From assembly GCA_031458695.1 (NCBI GenBank), contig JAVKJW010000010.1:1-64000 (forward strand): a DNA stretch of 64,000 nucleotides, written 5' to 3'. Under the pieces are notes generated by a model, which did not search any database, was not told the DNA's origin, and worked only from the letters and a program-made list of their open reading frames with translations. Each line of letters opens with the position of its first letter. Position 1 is the first letter of the stretch. Of the stretch, positions 10,134-19,440 are shown piece by piece. Origin of the DNA: Candidatus Thermofontivivens primus. GTDB lineage: Bacteria > Sysuimicrobiota > Sysuimicrobiia > Sysuimicrobiales > Thermofontiviventaceae. The translations under genes and the position numbers were made by a program.

Positions 10134-10153
10134 CACTTTAGCAAGATAAAATA
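10134..10153. promoter_or_regulatory. HisR (YerC) operator
   Basis: CACTTTAGCAAGATAAAATA, one mismatch to the palindromic HisR consensus as I recall it (YACTTTANYNNRNTAAAGTR). Lies between promoter and hisZ start. Confidence 0.75.
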
Positions 10154-10163
10154 TCAAAGCGCC

Positions 10164-11438
10164 ATGCGACTGCAGAACCGTAAGGGACACCGTTATCTTC
10201 AGCCTCCCCCAGGGATGCGCGATCGCCTCCCTGAAGAAGCAGAGTCTGTTCTCGCCCTCCAGGAAAAACTCCGTAGGACCTTCACCTGCTGGGGATACCG
10301 GGAGGTCACGACGCCGACTCTCGAGTACCTCGAGACCATTGTCCGGGGAGCAGGAGAGGGAGTTGTAGAGCGCCTGTTCAAGCTTATCGGCATCGAGGGG
10401 GAGCTTCTGGCGCTCCGCCCAGAGATGACCATCCCCATTGCTCGGCTCGTAGCCACGCGACTGAACAATGAGACCCTCCCCTTGCGCCTTTGCTATTTCT
10501 CTTCTATCTTCCGAGGGAAGGAAGCACGGGGGGATCGCCCCCGGGAGTACACACAAGCAGGGGTAGAACTCATAGGAGCCACAGGGATCGATGCCGACGC
10601 GGAAGTGATCGCCCTCGCCGTGGAGGCCATGCAGCAGGCCGGCGTGGAAGAGTTTCAGATTGGGATCGGCCACGTAGGATTCCTCAAGGAGCTCCTGGCC
10701 AACGGGATCGAGGAAAGCGACCAGACGGAGATCAAGGAACTCCTCTACCGCCAGGATTTCGTAAGCCTCCGGGAAAGGCTCGAGGAGCTGGACGTGGACC
10801 AAGGGATCTCCGAAGCGGTCCTGAGGCTCCCGGAGATGCGCGGGTCGCGAGCCCTGGAAGAAGCTCACCGTTTGTGCCCCACGAAGCCAGCGCGAGCCGC
10901 ACTGGAGGAGCTGCAGAATTTGTTGGAGGTTCTCCGGGACTACTGTCCAGGGGCAAGGATTCAGCTAGATCTCGGGATTATCCGTGATTTTACCTATTAC
11001 ACTGGAGTGGTCTTTGAGGGATATGCAGGGGGCCTTGGCTACCCCTTGCTTGGAGGCGGGAGATACGACGGCCTCCTGGGCCGGTTTGGCCTCCCTCTCC
11101 CCGCAACAGGGTTTGCCATGGACGTGGACCGTATCCTCGCGACGTGGGCTCCGGTGTCCCAACCTCGTCGCGGCGTCCTCGTCTACGTCCATAAGGCAGA
11201 ACGTGCCAGGGGGTTGGATGTTGCCCGTAGGTTACGCGGCCAGGGGATCGTGGTAGTCATGGAGGTTACAGGTCGATCATGGGAGGAGAGCTGTCAAGCC
11301 GCACGAGCGCAGGGACTTCTCCTGGCCGCAAGGATCAAGGATCAGCACGTCACAATACGCCACTTACAAACGAGGGAGGAGTGGTCTGTCCCCCTCGATG
11401 CTGTAGAGGCAGTGATCAGGGGAAGGAGTCAGCTATGA
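10164..11438 (+). CDS. hisZ: ATP phosphoribosyltransferase regulatory subunit
   Basis: HisRS-like fold: LRPEMTIPIAR, QAGVELIG, YYTGVVF, GGGRYD. Precedes short hisG. Confidence 0.95.
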   Translation: MRLQNRKGHRYLQPPPGMRDRLPEEAESVLALQEKLRRTFTCWGYREVTTPTLEYLETIVRGAGEGVVERLFKLIGIEGELLALRPEMTIPIARLVATRLNNETLPLRLCYFSSIFRGKEARGDRPREYTQAGVELIGATGIDADAEVIALAVEAMQQAGVEEFQIGIGHVGFLKELLANGIEESDQTEIKELLYRQDFVSLRERLEELDVDQGISEAVLRLPEMRGSRALEEAHRLCPTKPARAALEELQNLLEVLRDYCPGARIQLDLGIIRDFTYYTGVVFEGYAGGLGYPLLGGGRYDGLLGRFGLPLPATGFAMDVDRILATWAPVSQPRRGVLVYVHKAERARGLDVARRLRGQGIVVVMEVTGRSWEESCQAARAQGLLLAARIKDQHVTIRHLQTREEWSVPLDAVEAVIRGRSQL

Positions 11439-12073
11439 ACGGCATCACCATCGCCATCCCTTCTGGAAGGCTTTTCCCTGAAGCGTTCTCTTTCCTCCAG
11501 CGCATCGGGTTCGTGGATGCGGAGGTCCAGGACCAGCGACAGCTGTTGCTGCCGGCAAGGTTTCCGGGAAGCCAAGTGCTCATCGCGAAACCAGTGGACC
11601 TCCTGGCGTATGTGGAACACGGTGCAGCGGACGCCGGGATCGCTGGCAAGGATATCCTGTTGGAACAGGAGCGCGATGTCTACGAACTCCTGGACCTCGG
11701 GTTCGGAGCTTGCAGAGGAGTCGTCGCCGTCCCACAGGAGCGCGTCGAGGAGGTCTGGGCCTCAGGGGGTCTTCTCCGCGTCGCCACCAAGTACCCCAGG
11801 ACTGCCGAGGAGTTCTTCTGGAAGCAGGGAAGGCCTGTGGAGATCATCGAAATGCACGGTTCTGTGGAACTGGCCCCCCGCGTGGGCCTTGCCGATGCGA
11901 TCGTAGACCTCGTGATGACGGGCCAGACCCTGCGGGCAAACGGGCTCGTGGAGGTAGCCGAAGTCTTCCAGTCCACGGCCAGGCTCGTGGTGAACCGCGT
12001 GAGCCTGCGCACACGGAGCCAGTCGATCCAGGCATTGCTGGACCGAATCGAGGAGGTGCTCCAACATGTCTAG
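11435..12073 (+). CDS. hisG: ATP phosphoribosyltransferase (short form)
   Basis: Motifs ATKYP, GSVELAP, DAIVDLV.TG.TL..NGL. Confidence 0.96.
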   Translation: MNGITIAIPSGRLFPEAFSFLQRIGFVDAEVQDQRQLLLPARFPGSQVLIAKPVDLLAYVEHGAADAGIAGKDILLEQERDVYELLDLGFGACRGVVAVPQERVEEVWASGGLLRVATKYPRTAEEFFWKQGRPVEIIEMHGSVELAPRVGLADAIVDLVMTGQTLRANGLVEVAEVFQSTARLVVNRVSLRTRSQSIQALLDRIEEVLQHV

Positions 12074-12109
12074 GGAGCAACCCAAGCACAATCTGTTGTG
12101 GAGATACCT

Positions 12110-12150
12110 CTGGAGGTCTCGCAATTTCCTCCTCCATCAAAGACCTCCAG
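12110..12150. repeat. Perfect 10-bp inverted repeat in hisG-hisD spacer
   Basis: CTGGAGGTCT-21 nt-AGACCTCCAG. Confidence 0.7.
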
Positions 12151-12205
12151 CAAGGACCCAAAAACCTCTGCCAGGTGCGCGAATCTAGGGAAGCCGACGG
12201 GAGGG

Positions 12206-13510
12206 ATGGATGTGGAGATCATCCGGTTAGGAGAAGCAGAACCCGCCCGCTTGCGCAAGATCCTCCAGCGGGCGAACCACCGCATCTTTTCGGAGGAAAT
12301 CCTTGGACACGTGCGCGGGATCCTTGAGGATGTGCGTCGGCGTGGCGACGAAGCGATCTTGGAAGCAACGCGCCAGTGGGATCGTGTAGAACTCACCGTG
12401 GACCGGCTGCCAGTGGGGCGCACGGAGATCCATCAAGCCTATGAGCAGGTCGATGATGGGGTCAGGAAGGCTATCGAGGCGGCTATTGAACGAACCCGCC
12501 GGTTCAACGAGCTCCTCCGGCCGCGGGCGATGTGGCTCGAAGAAATAGAGGAAGGGATGGTGATAGGAGCCAAGGTCACCCCCGTGGAGAGCGTGGGCGT
12601 CTACGTCCCCGCGGGGAAAGGGGCATTCCCGTCTACCTGTGTCACCATTGTGACCCCGGCGGTGATGGCGGGCGTCCAAGAGATTGCCATCGTCCTCCCC
12701 CCGAGGCCTGACGGGTCCGCGGACCCTGCTGTCCTCGTCGCTGCTGACATGCTGGGGGTGCACCGTGTCTTCCGATGCAACGGGGTCGCCGGGATCGCCG
12801 GGCTGGCTTTTGGAACTGCGACCCTCCCCCGGGTCCAGAAGGTAGTGGGGCCTGGAAACCCTTATGTGGTGGCCGCCCAGCTCGCCGTACAATCCTATGG
12901 CGTGGATATGAGCGTTTTGCTAGGACCTACGGAATGCGTTGTCCTTGCCGATGGGGATGCGGATCCCAAGCGGGTTGCCCTTGATCTCCTCAACGAAGCG
13001 GAGCACGGGGAGGATTCGGCAGCGATCCTGATGACAATCGATGAAGGCATAGCCAGGGAGGTCCGACACCACCTCGAGGCCTTCCTCCAGAAACTCCCCT
13101 CGCCCCGGCGGGAGTACGCCATGGCGGCTCTCTCAGAGTACGGGGGGCTCCTCGTCGCTCGTGACATGGAGGAGGCGGTGGCATTCATCAACCTTTATGC
13201 TCCTGAACACCTGCAGATCGCCACGCGCAACCCCTGGGAGATCGTGCAGAAGATCCGGAACGCTGGGGAGGTGCTGATTGGACAAGAGACACCGTTCTCT
13301 GCAGCCAATTACGCTATCGGCGTGCCCGCAGCACTGCCCACAGGAGGTGCAGCCAGGTATTCCAGCGGGGTGACAATCCTGAGCTTCCTCAAGCTCACTT
13401 CCCTCGCCTCACTCGATCCGCGTGGTTTAGAAAGGGTCCGACCTGTCGTGGAGCGCCTGGGTCACTACGAGAACTTCCCAGCCCATGTGATGGCGGTGAC
13501 GCAGCGCTGA
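12206..13510 (+). CDS. hisD: Histidinol dehydrogenase (divergent active site)
   Basis: Motifs GPGN, GPTE, EAEH, APEHL and position in his operon. Several canonical ligands are altered. Confidence 0.85.
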   Translation: MDVEIIRLGEAEPARLRKILQRANHRIFSEEILGHVRGILEDVRRRGDEAILEATRQWDRVELTVDRLPVGRTEIHQAYEQVDDGVRKAIEAAIERTRRFNELLRPRAMWLEEIEEGMVIGAKVTPVESVGVYVPAGKGAFPSTCVTIVTPAVMAGVQEIAIVLPPRPDGSADPAVLVAADMLGVHRVFRCNGVAGIAGLAFGTATLPRVQKVVGPGNPYVVAAQLAVQSYGVDMSVLLGPTECVVLADGDADPKRVALDLLNEAEHGEDSAAILMTIDEGIAREVRHHLEAFLQKLPSPRREYAMAALSEYGGLLVARDMEEAVAFINLYAPEHLQIATRNPWEIVQKIRNAGEVLIGQETPFSAANYAIGVPAALPTGGAARYSSGVTILSFLKLTSLASLDPRGLERVRPVVERLGHYENFPAHVMAVTQR

Positions 13511-13543
13511 GGAGTTCCAAAGGAGGGCGCGAAGAGAAGCCGT

Positions 13544-14629
13544 ATGGACACGTTACGGAGAGATCACCAACGTGCTGCAGCGAGGCCAGAGGTGAGGGCT
13601 CTACGCCCGTATCGCCTCGATCAATCCCGGTTCCAGGTAAAACTCAACCAGAACGAGAACCCCTACGACTGGCCAGAGGAGATCAAGGAGGAGGTCCTGC
13701 GCCGCCTCCGCGCCTCCCCCTGGAACCGTTATCCCTCGGTAGATGCAGCCCCGCTGCGCCAAGCTCTCGCAGAGGCCATGGGCCTGTCCAGCGACATGGT
13801 GGCCGTCACCAATGGGAGCAACGAGGCGATCCTTGCGCTGATCCAGACCTACGCAACAGGCGGGAGTGTCGTCTACCCCATCCCTACGTACTCCATGGTA
13901 CGTCCACTCACCGTCATCGGCGGGGCAACACCTATAGAGGTTCCCCTGCGGCCAGACTTCTCGCTGGATGCCCAAGCTCTCCTCACCAAGGCCATCGAAA
14001 CCAACGCACGCCTTGTCTTTTTGGCCTCCCCCAACAACCCCACGGGGAATCTCTTTGCGCGAGAGGCCATCCTAGCGGTGGCAGGAGGATCCCCCGGAGT
14101 AGTGATTGTGGATGAAGCGTATTTCAGTTTTTCCCGCACCTCCTTCCTCGATGAGGTGCTCCGCCGCGACAGATTCGCTGTGATCCGCACATTCTCCAAG
14201 GCTTTCAGCCTCGCAGGTGCACGCGTCGGTTGGATCATGGCCAACTCCCAGATCATTGCAGAAGTCAGCAAGGTCCTGCCTCCTTACAACCTCGACCTGT
14301 TCGCCCAGACCACAGCAATCGTTGCGCTTGAACACAGGGACCTCCTGGAAAAGCACGTTCGCGTCATCCTCCGGGAGCGTGATCGCGTGTTTGCGGCTCT
14401 TTCCCAGATGGAAGGAGTCCATCCTTACCCGAGCGAGGCCAATTTCATCCTCTTCCGGACCCGCCTCCCCGCCCAGGAGGTGTTCGATCGTCTCCTGGAG
14501 CGCGGGATCCTCGTGCGGGATGTCTCCTCCTATCCGCTGCTGGAAGGGTGCCTCCGGGTGACCATCGGGAGGCCACAGGAGAACGACCTGTTCCTAGAAG
14601 CATTGGAGGAGATCCTCCGGAAACGTTGA
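13544..14629 (+). CDS. hisC: Histidinol-phosphate aminotransferase
   Basis: Motifs LNQNENP, SPNNPTG, DEAY, RTFSKAFSLAG.RVG. Confidence 0.96.
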   Translation: MDTLRRDHQRAAARPEVRALRPYRLDQSRFQVKLNQNENPYDWPEEIKEEVLRRLRASPWNRYPSVDAAPLRQALAEAMGLSSDMVAVTNGSNEAILALIQTYATGGSVVYPIPTYSMVRPLTVIGGATPIEVPLRPDFSLDAQALLTKAIETNARLVFLASPNNPTGNLFAREAILAVAGGSPGVVIVDEAYFSFSRTSFLDEVLRRDRFAVIRTFSKAFSLAGARVGWIMANSQIIAEVSKVLPPYNLDLFAQTTAIVALEHRDLLEKHVRVILRERDRVFAALSQMEGVHPYPSEANFILFRTRLPAQEVFDRLLERGILVRDVSSYPLLEGCLRVTIGRPQENDLFLEALEEILRKR

Positions 14630-14700
14630 TCAGCGTGCATGAAGGCACACTTCGGACTTGTCCTGGTCAGGGAATCGTCTTGCGAAAGGTAGGGGAAGCG

Positions 14701-15294
14701 ATGGAACCGAGGATCGGCAGAGTACAGCGCAAGACCAGCGAGACCCAGGTGGAGGTGGAGCTCAACCTGGATGGTGTTGGGGAATACCAAGTCCATACGG
14801 GCATCCCCTTTTTCGATCACATGCTTGCCCAGATTGCCGTCCACGGTCGGTTTGACCTTCGCTTGCATGCCTCGGGGGATCTGGAGGTCGACGCTCACCA
14901 CACCGTGGAGGACGTGGGGATCTGTCTGGGGCAAGCATTCCGTCAGGCGCTCGGGGAGGGCAGGGGGATCGTCCGTTTTGCCTGGGTTCTTGCTCCGATG
15001 GACGAGACGCTTGTGCTCGCCGCGGTGGATCTCAGTGGCCGTCCCTTCCTCCACTACAACGTCCCAGTGGAGAGGGTCCTGCTTGGGAGCTTCCCCACAG
15101 ATCTGTGTGAGGAGTTCTTCCGGGCCTTCGTTTCCCACGGCGGGTTCACCCTCCACCTCAATCTCCAGTATGGAAAAAACCCTCACCACATCCTCGAGGC
15201 GGTGTTCAAGGCCACGGCGCTTTCCCTGGGTCAGGCAACCCGCCGCGAGAGGGGAAGGGAAGGGATCCCGAGCACGAAGGGAAGGTTGGACTGA
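14701..15294 (+). CDS. hisB: Imidazoleglycerol-phosphate dehydratase (monofunctional)
   Basis: Motifs DAHHTVED, PMDE, NPHHILEA. Confidence 0.96.
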   Translation: MEPRIGRVQRKTSETQVEVELNLDGVGEYQVHTGIPFFDHMLAQIAVHGRFDLRLHASGDLEVDAHHTVEDVGICLGQAFRQALGEGRGIVRFAWVLAPMDETLVLAAVDLSGRPFLHYNVPVERVLLGSFPTDLCEEFFRAFVSHGGFTLHLNLQYGKNPHHILEAVFKATALSLGQATRRERGREGIPSTKGRLD

Positions 15295-15295
15295 G

Positions 15296-15982
15296 ATGCG
15301 CGTGGCCATCATTGACTACGGTGCAGGGAACTTGAGAAGCGTGCAGAAGGCCCTCGCCTGCGCAGGGCTCGAGGCGGATATCGTCGAACGGCCAGAATCT
15401 CTTTCGAAGGCAGCGGCAATCGTCCTCCCCGGGGTAGGAGCTTTCGGCCCTGCCATGGCCAGGCTTCGTGAGCGTGGATTCGACGTAACGATCCTAGAGA
15501 TGGTGACCTCCGGAGTTCCTCTCCTGGGGCTTTGCCTGGGAATGCAGCTTCTGTTTGAGGAAAGCCTGGAAAATGGTCTCCATCTGGGGCTCGGGCTTCT
15601 CCCTGGGCGAGTGGAGCGCCTCCCAGCGGGGCTGAAGGTGCCCCATATGGGGTGGAACCAGCTCAACATCCAGCAGCCGGCCCCGTTCCTGGAGGGTCTC
15701 CCAAATGGGAGCTACGTGTACTTTGTACATTCTTATTACGCAGTGCCGCGGGAGAAGAGCATCGTCTCGGCAACCACAACCTATGGGGTGGAGATCCCCG
15801 CAGTGGTAGGACGTGGAGTCATCTGGGGCTGCCAGTTCCACCCAGAGAAGAGCAGCGTGACAGGGCTTAAGATCCTGTCCAACTTCCGGCGCTGGTTGCA
15901 TAAATACTCAGGAGCTGGCGACTGGCAAAGGTCTCTTGGCATTTGCCCGGGTGTACGCGATGTTGATCATCCCAGCCATTGA
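15296..15982 (+). CDS. hisH: IGP synthase glutaminase subunit
   Basis: Motifs IDYGAGNL.SV, LPGVG, GLCLGMQ, QFHPEKS. C-terminal tail overlaps hisA. Confidence 0.95.
   Translation: MRVAIIDYGAGNLRSVQKALACAGLEADIVERPESLSKAAAIVLPGVGAFGPAMARLRERGFDVTILEMVTSGVPLLGLCLGMQLLFEESLENGLHLGLGLLPGRVERLPAGLKVPHMGWNQLNIQQPAPFLEGLPNGSYVYFVHSYYAVPREKSIVSATTTYGVEIPAVVGRGVIWGCQFHPEKSSVTGLKILSNFRRWLHKYSGAGDWQRSLGICPGVRDVDHPSH
15922..15950. repeat. Member of dispersed palindromic repeat family
   Basis: CTGGCAAAGGTCTCTTGGCATTTGCCCGG, near-identical to 33208-33236. Confidence 0.6.
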
Positions 15983-16682
15983 CATTCTAGGGGGGCGGTG
16001 CGTCCGCCTTCGACGGGGAGATCCGTCGACTGCCGTGGTGTACGAGGAGGATCCTGCGGTTGTAGCAGTAAAGTGGGAGAGGGCAGGCGCCAGGTGGCTT
16101 CATGTGGTCGACTTGGACGGTGCCTTCAGAGGAGTCCCTCACAACCTTGAGGCCGTGGGGCGCATCCTCCAGTCAGTGAGGATCCCAGTCCAGTTTGGAG
16201 GGGGAATCCGGAACCGGGCGGCGCTGGAACAAGTCTTTGACGTCGGTGTCTCGCGCGCGATCCTGGGTACAAAAGCCCTCGCCGATCCGGATTTCCTCTC
16301 AGAAGCCACCCGCCAGTTCCAGGACCGAATTGCAGTGGCCTTGGACGTGAAGAGCAGGCGTGTCGCTGTGGAGGGTTGGCTTACAACGCTCCCCCTGGAC
16401 TTCTTAGAAGCTGCAAAGATCCTGGTGGAGAGCGGAGTGAGGCGGTTGATCTACACCGATGTCTCGCGGGACGGTGCGATGACAGGTCCGGACCTCAGCG
16501 GTCTTACGAGCCTGCTCGATACCGTAGGAGTCCCCGTGATCGCATCAGGAGGCGTTTCCTCCATGTCCGATCTGGAACAGCTGGCCCAGTTGGCTCCCAA
16601 AGGCCTTGAGGGAGTGATCATCGGCCGCGCCCTCTATGAAGGAAGGATTGACCTTGCCGGTGCCATCGCAAGGTTTCTGTAG
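15960..16682 (+). CDS. hisA: ProFAR isomerase
   Basis: Motifs IIPAIDI.GG..VRL, HVVDLDGA, TDVSRDG. Confidence 0.96.
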   Translation: MLIIPAIDILGGRCVRLRRGDPSTAVVYEEDPAVVAVKWERAGARWLHVVDLDGAFRGVPHNLEAVGRILQSVRIPVQFGGGIRNRAALEQVFDVGVSRAILGTKALADPDFLSEATRQFQDRIAVALDVKSRRVAVEGWLTTLPLDFLEAAKILVESGVRRLIYTDVSRDGAMTGPDLSGLTSLLDTVGVPVIASGGVSSMSDLEQLAQLAPKGLEGVIIGRALYEGRIDLAGAIARFL

Positions 16683-16747
16683 ATCTGTGTCCGAGGCCAA
16701 CCGACCTCGCGTTGTGAACTCCTTGGCGAACGGGGGGAATCGAAATC

Positions 16748-17539
16748 ATGCTTGCCAAGCGCGTCATCCCCTGTCTCGATGTGAAGGACGGGCGGGTTGT
16801 GAAAGGGGTGCGTTTCCAGGGGCTGCGTGATGCCGGCGATCCGGCCGAGCTGGCCGAGGCCTACGATCGTGAAGGAGCTGATGAGATCGTCTTCTTGGAC
16901 ATCACGGCAAGCGTGGAGGGCCGCGCCACCATGGTCGAGGTGGTGCGCCGAACGGCCGAACGAGCATTTATCCCCCTCACAGTGGGTGGGGGGGTGCGGA
17001 ACTTGGAAGACGTCCAACGCCTGCTCCGTGCCGGGGCAGACAAGGTGGCCATGAACACCGCCTGTGTCCAAAACCCCATTCTTATTGCGCAGGCTGCTGA
17101 TCGCTTTGGGAGCCAGTGCGTGGTGGTGGCGATAGATGCGAAGCAGATCTCCCCATCACGGTGGGAGGTGTATATCAACGGGGGCAGGACTCCCACGGGA
17201 CTCGATGCAGTCGCTTGGGCGGAGCAGGCAGCAGCGCTGGGGGCGGGGGAGATCCTGCTGACCAGCATCGATCGCGACGGCACTAGGGACGGTTACGACC
17301 TGGAACTCACCAAGAGAGTGGCAGGAAGCGTGCCGATCCCAGTCATTGCCTCGGGGGGGGCAGGCACGCTCCACCACCTCCTCGAGGCCCTCACCGAGGG
17401 CAAGGCGGACGCCGTACTCGTTGCCTCGCTCTTTCACTCCAAGCAGCACACGATACGTGAAGCCAAAGAATACCTGCGGGCGAGGGGGGTGCCCGTGCGG
17501 TTGGATGAACAACCTCAACAAGAAGGAGGCGTGTGGTGA
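16748..17539 (+). CDS. hisF: IGP synthase cyclase subunit
   Basis: Motifs [12 protein letters not shown] and LTSIDRDGT. Confidence 0.97.
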   Translation: MLAKRVIPCLDVKDGRVVKGVRFQGLRDAGDPAELAEAYDREGADEIVFLDITASVEGRATMVEVVRRTAERAFIPLTVGGGVRNLEDVQRLLRAGADKVAMNTACVQNPILIAQAADRFGSQCVVVAIDAKQISPSRWEVYINGGRTPTGLDAVAWAEQAAALGAGEILLTSIDRDGTRDGYDLELTKRVAGSVPIPVIASGGAGTLHHLLEALTEGKADAVLVASLFHSKQHTIREAKEYLRARGVPVRLDEQPQQEGGVW

Positions 17540-18171
17540 AGAACCCGGTTGTGGAGATCCGGTTCGATTCGAATGGGTTGATCCCTGTGATCGCCCAGGA
17601 AGCGAGGACAGGCAAGGTTCTGATGCTCGCGTATATGAACGCCGATGCACTCCGGCGTACCCAAGAAAGCGGCGATGCTTGGTACTGGAGCAGGTCGCGC
17701 CAGAGATTGTGGAGGAAGGGAGAGGAATCAGGGCATACCCAGAAGGTCCAGGAGATCCGCGTAGATTGCGATGGAGATGCGCTCCTTCTCCTTGTCGAGC
17801 AAAAGGGGCCGGCATGCCATACTGGGCAAACATCCTGCTTCTACCGCGATATCGAAGGAGAAGTAAAAACCCCAATCCCGGCGACTCCAGCGCCGCCTCT
17901 CCTGACTGAGCTGGAAAACGTCCTCAAGGAGCGCCTGAGGAATCCCCGGCCTGGGTCCTACACGAGTAGCCTCTTCCGGCAGGGTACAGAGGCCATCGGG
18001 GCCAAGATCGTGGAGGAAGCCCAGGAAGTCGTCCAGGCGGCCCGTGCCGAGGGGCGACAGCGGCTCATCGAGGAAGCAGCTGATCTTGTCTTCCATACCC
18101 TTGTCTTGCTCGTCTTCCAAGGGGTCGCGTTGGGGGAGGTATTGGATGAGTTGCGACGAAGACGCCGATAG
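17533..18171 (+). CDS. hisIE: Bifunctional PRAMP cyclohydrolase / PRATP pyrophosphatase
   Basis: Motifs DCDGDA, ACHTG..SCF, KIVEEA.E, EAADL. Confidence 0.96.
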   Translation: MVKNPVVEIRFDSNGLIPVIAQEARTGKVLMLAYMNADALRRTQESGDAWYWSRSRQRLWRKGEESGHTQKVQEIRVDCDGDALLLLVEQKGPACHTGQTSCFYRDIEGEVKTPIPATPAPPLLTELENVLKERLRNPRPGSYTSSLFRQGTEAIGAKIVEEAQEVVQAARAEGRQRLIEEAADLVFHTLVLLVFQGVALGEVLDELRRRRR

Positions 18172-18179
18172 GATAGGGT

Positions 18180-19292
18180 ATGTCCTCCGGGCCGAAGACC
18201 ACACGATTCGCAGAGGCCCCTCCGGGCTACTTCGCCAAGAGGCGCCGGAGAGGTCTCACCGTCTTAGGCCTTGCTCTCCTTCTTCTTCTGACCACCCTCG
18301 CGGCCACGGCTTGGGGGTCCGTGGCGATCCCCATCCCCGAAGTTGCCAGGATCCTTATCAGGCAGTTCATCCCGTCCCTTCTCCCCCCTGGGGACCCCGT
18401 GGCCGAGGCCATTGTGATGTTGATCCGCCTCCCGCGCGTCCTGCTCGCTGCGGTGGTGGGAATGGCTCTCGGTGCCACTGGCGTCGTCTATCAAGGACTC
18501 TTCCGCAACCCCATGGCCGATCCGTACATCCTCGGCGTCAGCAGCGGGGCGGCCCTTGGCGCTACCATCGCCATCCTCTTTGACCTCCGGGTATGGTTCC
18601 TGGGACTCAGTGCCACTCCTTTGCTGGCATTCGCAGGAGCGCTCGGGGCCACAGCAGCAGTGGTACGTATCGCCCGGCGGGGTTACGGTTCGGGTACGTG
18701 GCCGGTTGATGCCTTGCCCGTGGAAACGCTCCTCCTCGCGGGCATTGCCATGAGCGCCTTCCTTTCTGCGGTGATCTCTCTCCTCTTGTTCCTCGGGGGA
18801 GAGCGTCTTCCTCACGCCATCTTCTGGCTCATGGGGGGGTTCTCCGGGCGCGGATGGGAACACCTGCGGATGGCAGCACCATATGCCCTCTCCGGGATCG
18901 CCATAGCTTTCTTCCTTTCCCCGGACCTGAACCTTCTCCTGACGGGAGAGGAGGAAGCCTTCCAGCTTGGTGTGGATGTCGAACGTGTCAAGCGGTTCCT
19001 GATCGTTGCTGCCTCTCTTGCCGCGGCGAGCGCCGCGGCAACGAGCGGGCTCATTGGGTTCGTGGGCCTCATCGTCCCTCACCTTGTGAGGTTCTTCGTA
19101 GGCCCGGATCACAGGTGGCTCTTGCCCGCCTCAGCCCTTCTCGGTGGGACAATCCTCGTCGTCGCCGACCTCTTCGCCCGCACGCTTCTGAGCCCCCAAG
19201 AGCTCCCTGTGGGGGTGATCACTGCTTTTTTGGGCGGACCTTTCTTCCTCTTCCTCCTGGCCAGGCGGAAAGGGCCCTCCCGAGCCTATTAA
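18180..19292 (+). CDS. FecCD/BtuC-family ABC permease (B12 or iron chelate)
   Basis: Motifs IRLPR, QGLFRNPMADP..LGVSSGA, GFVGLIVPH, ELPVGVIT. Confidence 0.93.
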   Translation: MSSGPKTTRFAEAPPGYFAKRRRRGLTVLGLALLLLLTTLAATAWGSVAIPIPEVARILIRQFIPSLLPPGDPVAEAIVMLIRLPRVLLAAVVGMALGATGVVYQGLFRNPMADPYILGVSSGAALGATIAILFDLRVWFLGLSATPLLAFAGALGATAAVVRIARRGYGSGTWPVDALPVETLLLAGIAMSAFLSAVISLLLFLGGERLPHAIFWLMGGFSGRGWEHLRMAAPYALSGIAIAFFLSPDLNLLLTGEEEAFQLGVDVERVKRFLIVAASLAAASAAATSGLIGFVGLIVPHLVRFFVGPDHRWLLPASALLGGTILVVADLFARTLLSPQELPVGVITAFLGGPFFLFLLARRKGPSRAY

Positions 19293-19295
19293 GTC

Positions 19296-19330
19296 CCCTG
19301 GCAAGATTTCGACAAGAGATTTTGCTAGGG
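19296..19330 (+). terminator. 15-bp hairpin after his operon/permease (repeat family member)
   Basis: CCCTGGCAAGATTTC-GACAA-GAGATTTTGCTAGGG, full pairing with G-U. No U-tract. Confidence 0.55.
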
Positions 19331-19387
19331 TTCCATAAAGTAACCCCCCACAAAGGAAGGGTCTTGACTGGGAAGAATCTCGCGAAG

Positions 19388-19416
19388 TTGCACCCAGCTC
19401 CGGGATCAGGTAATAT
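19388..19416 (+). promoter_or_regulatory. Putative sigma-70 promoter for HAD gene
   Basis: TTGCAC-17 bp-TAATAT. Confidence 0.5.
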
Positions 19417-19440
19417 GGGAAGGTGCTAGGTGTGGGGCCA

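Noticed and set aside
14771..15295. hisB-hisH fusion suggested by the 403-aa ORF
   Set aside because: The upstream part is an off-frame overlap with hisB. HisH starts at 15296.
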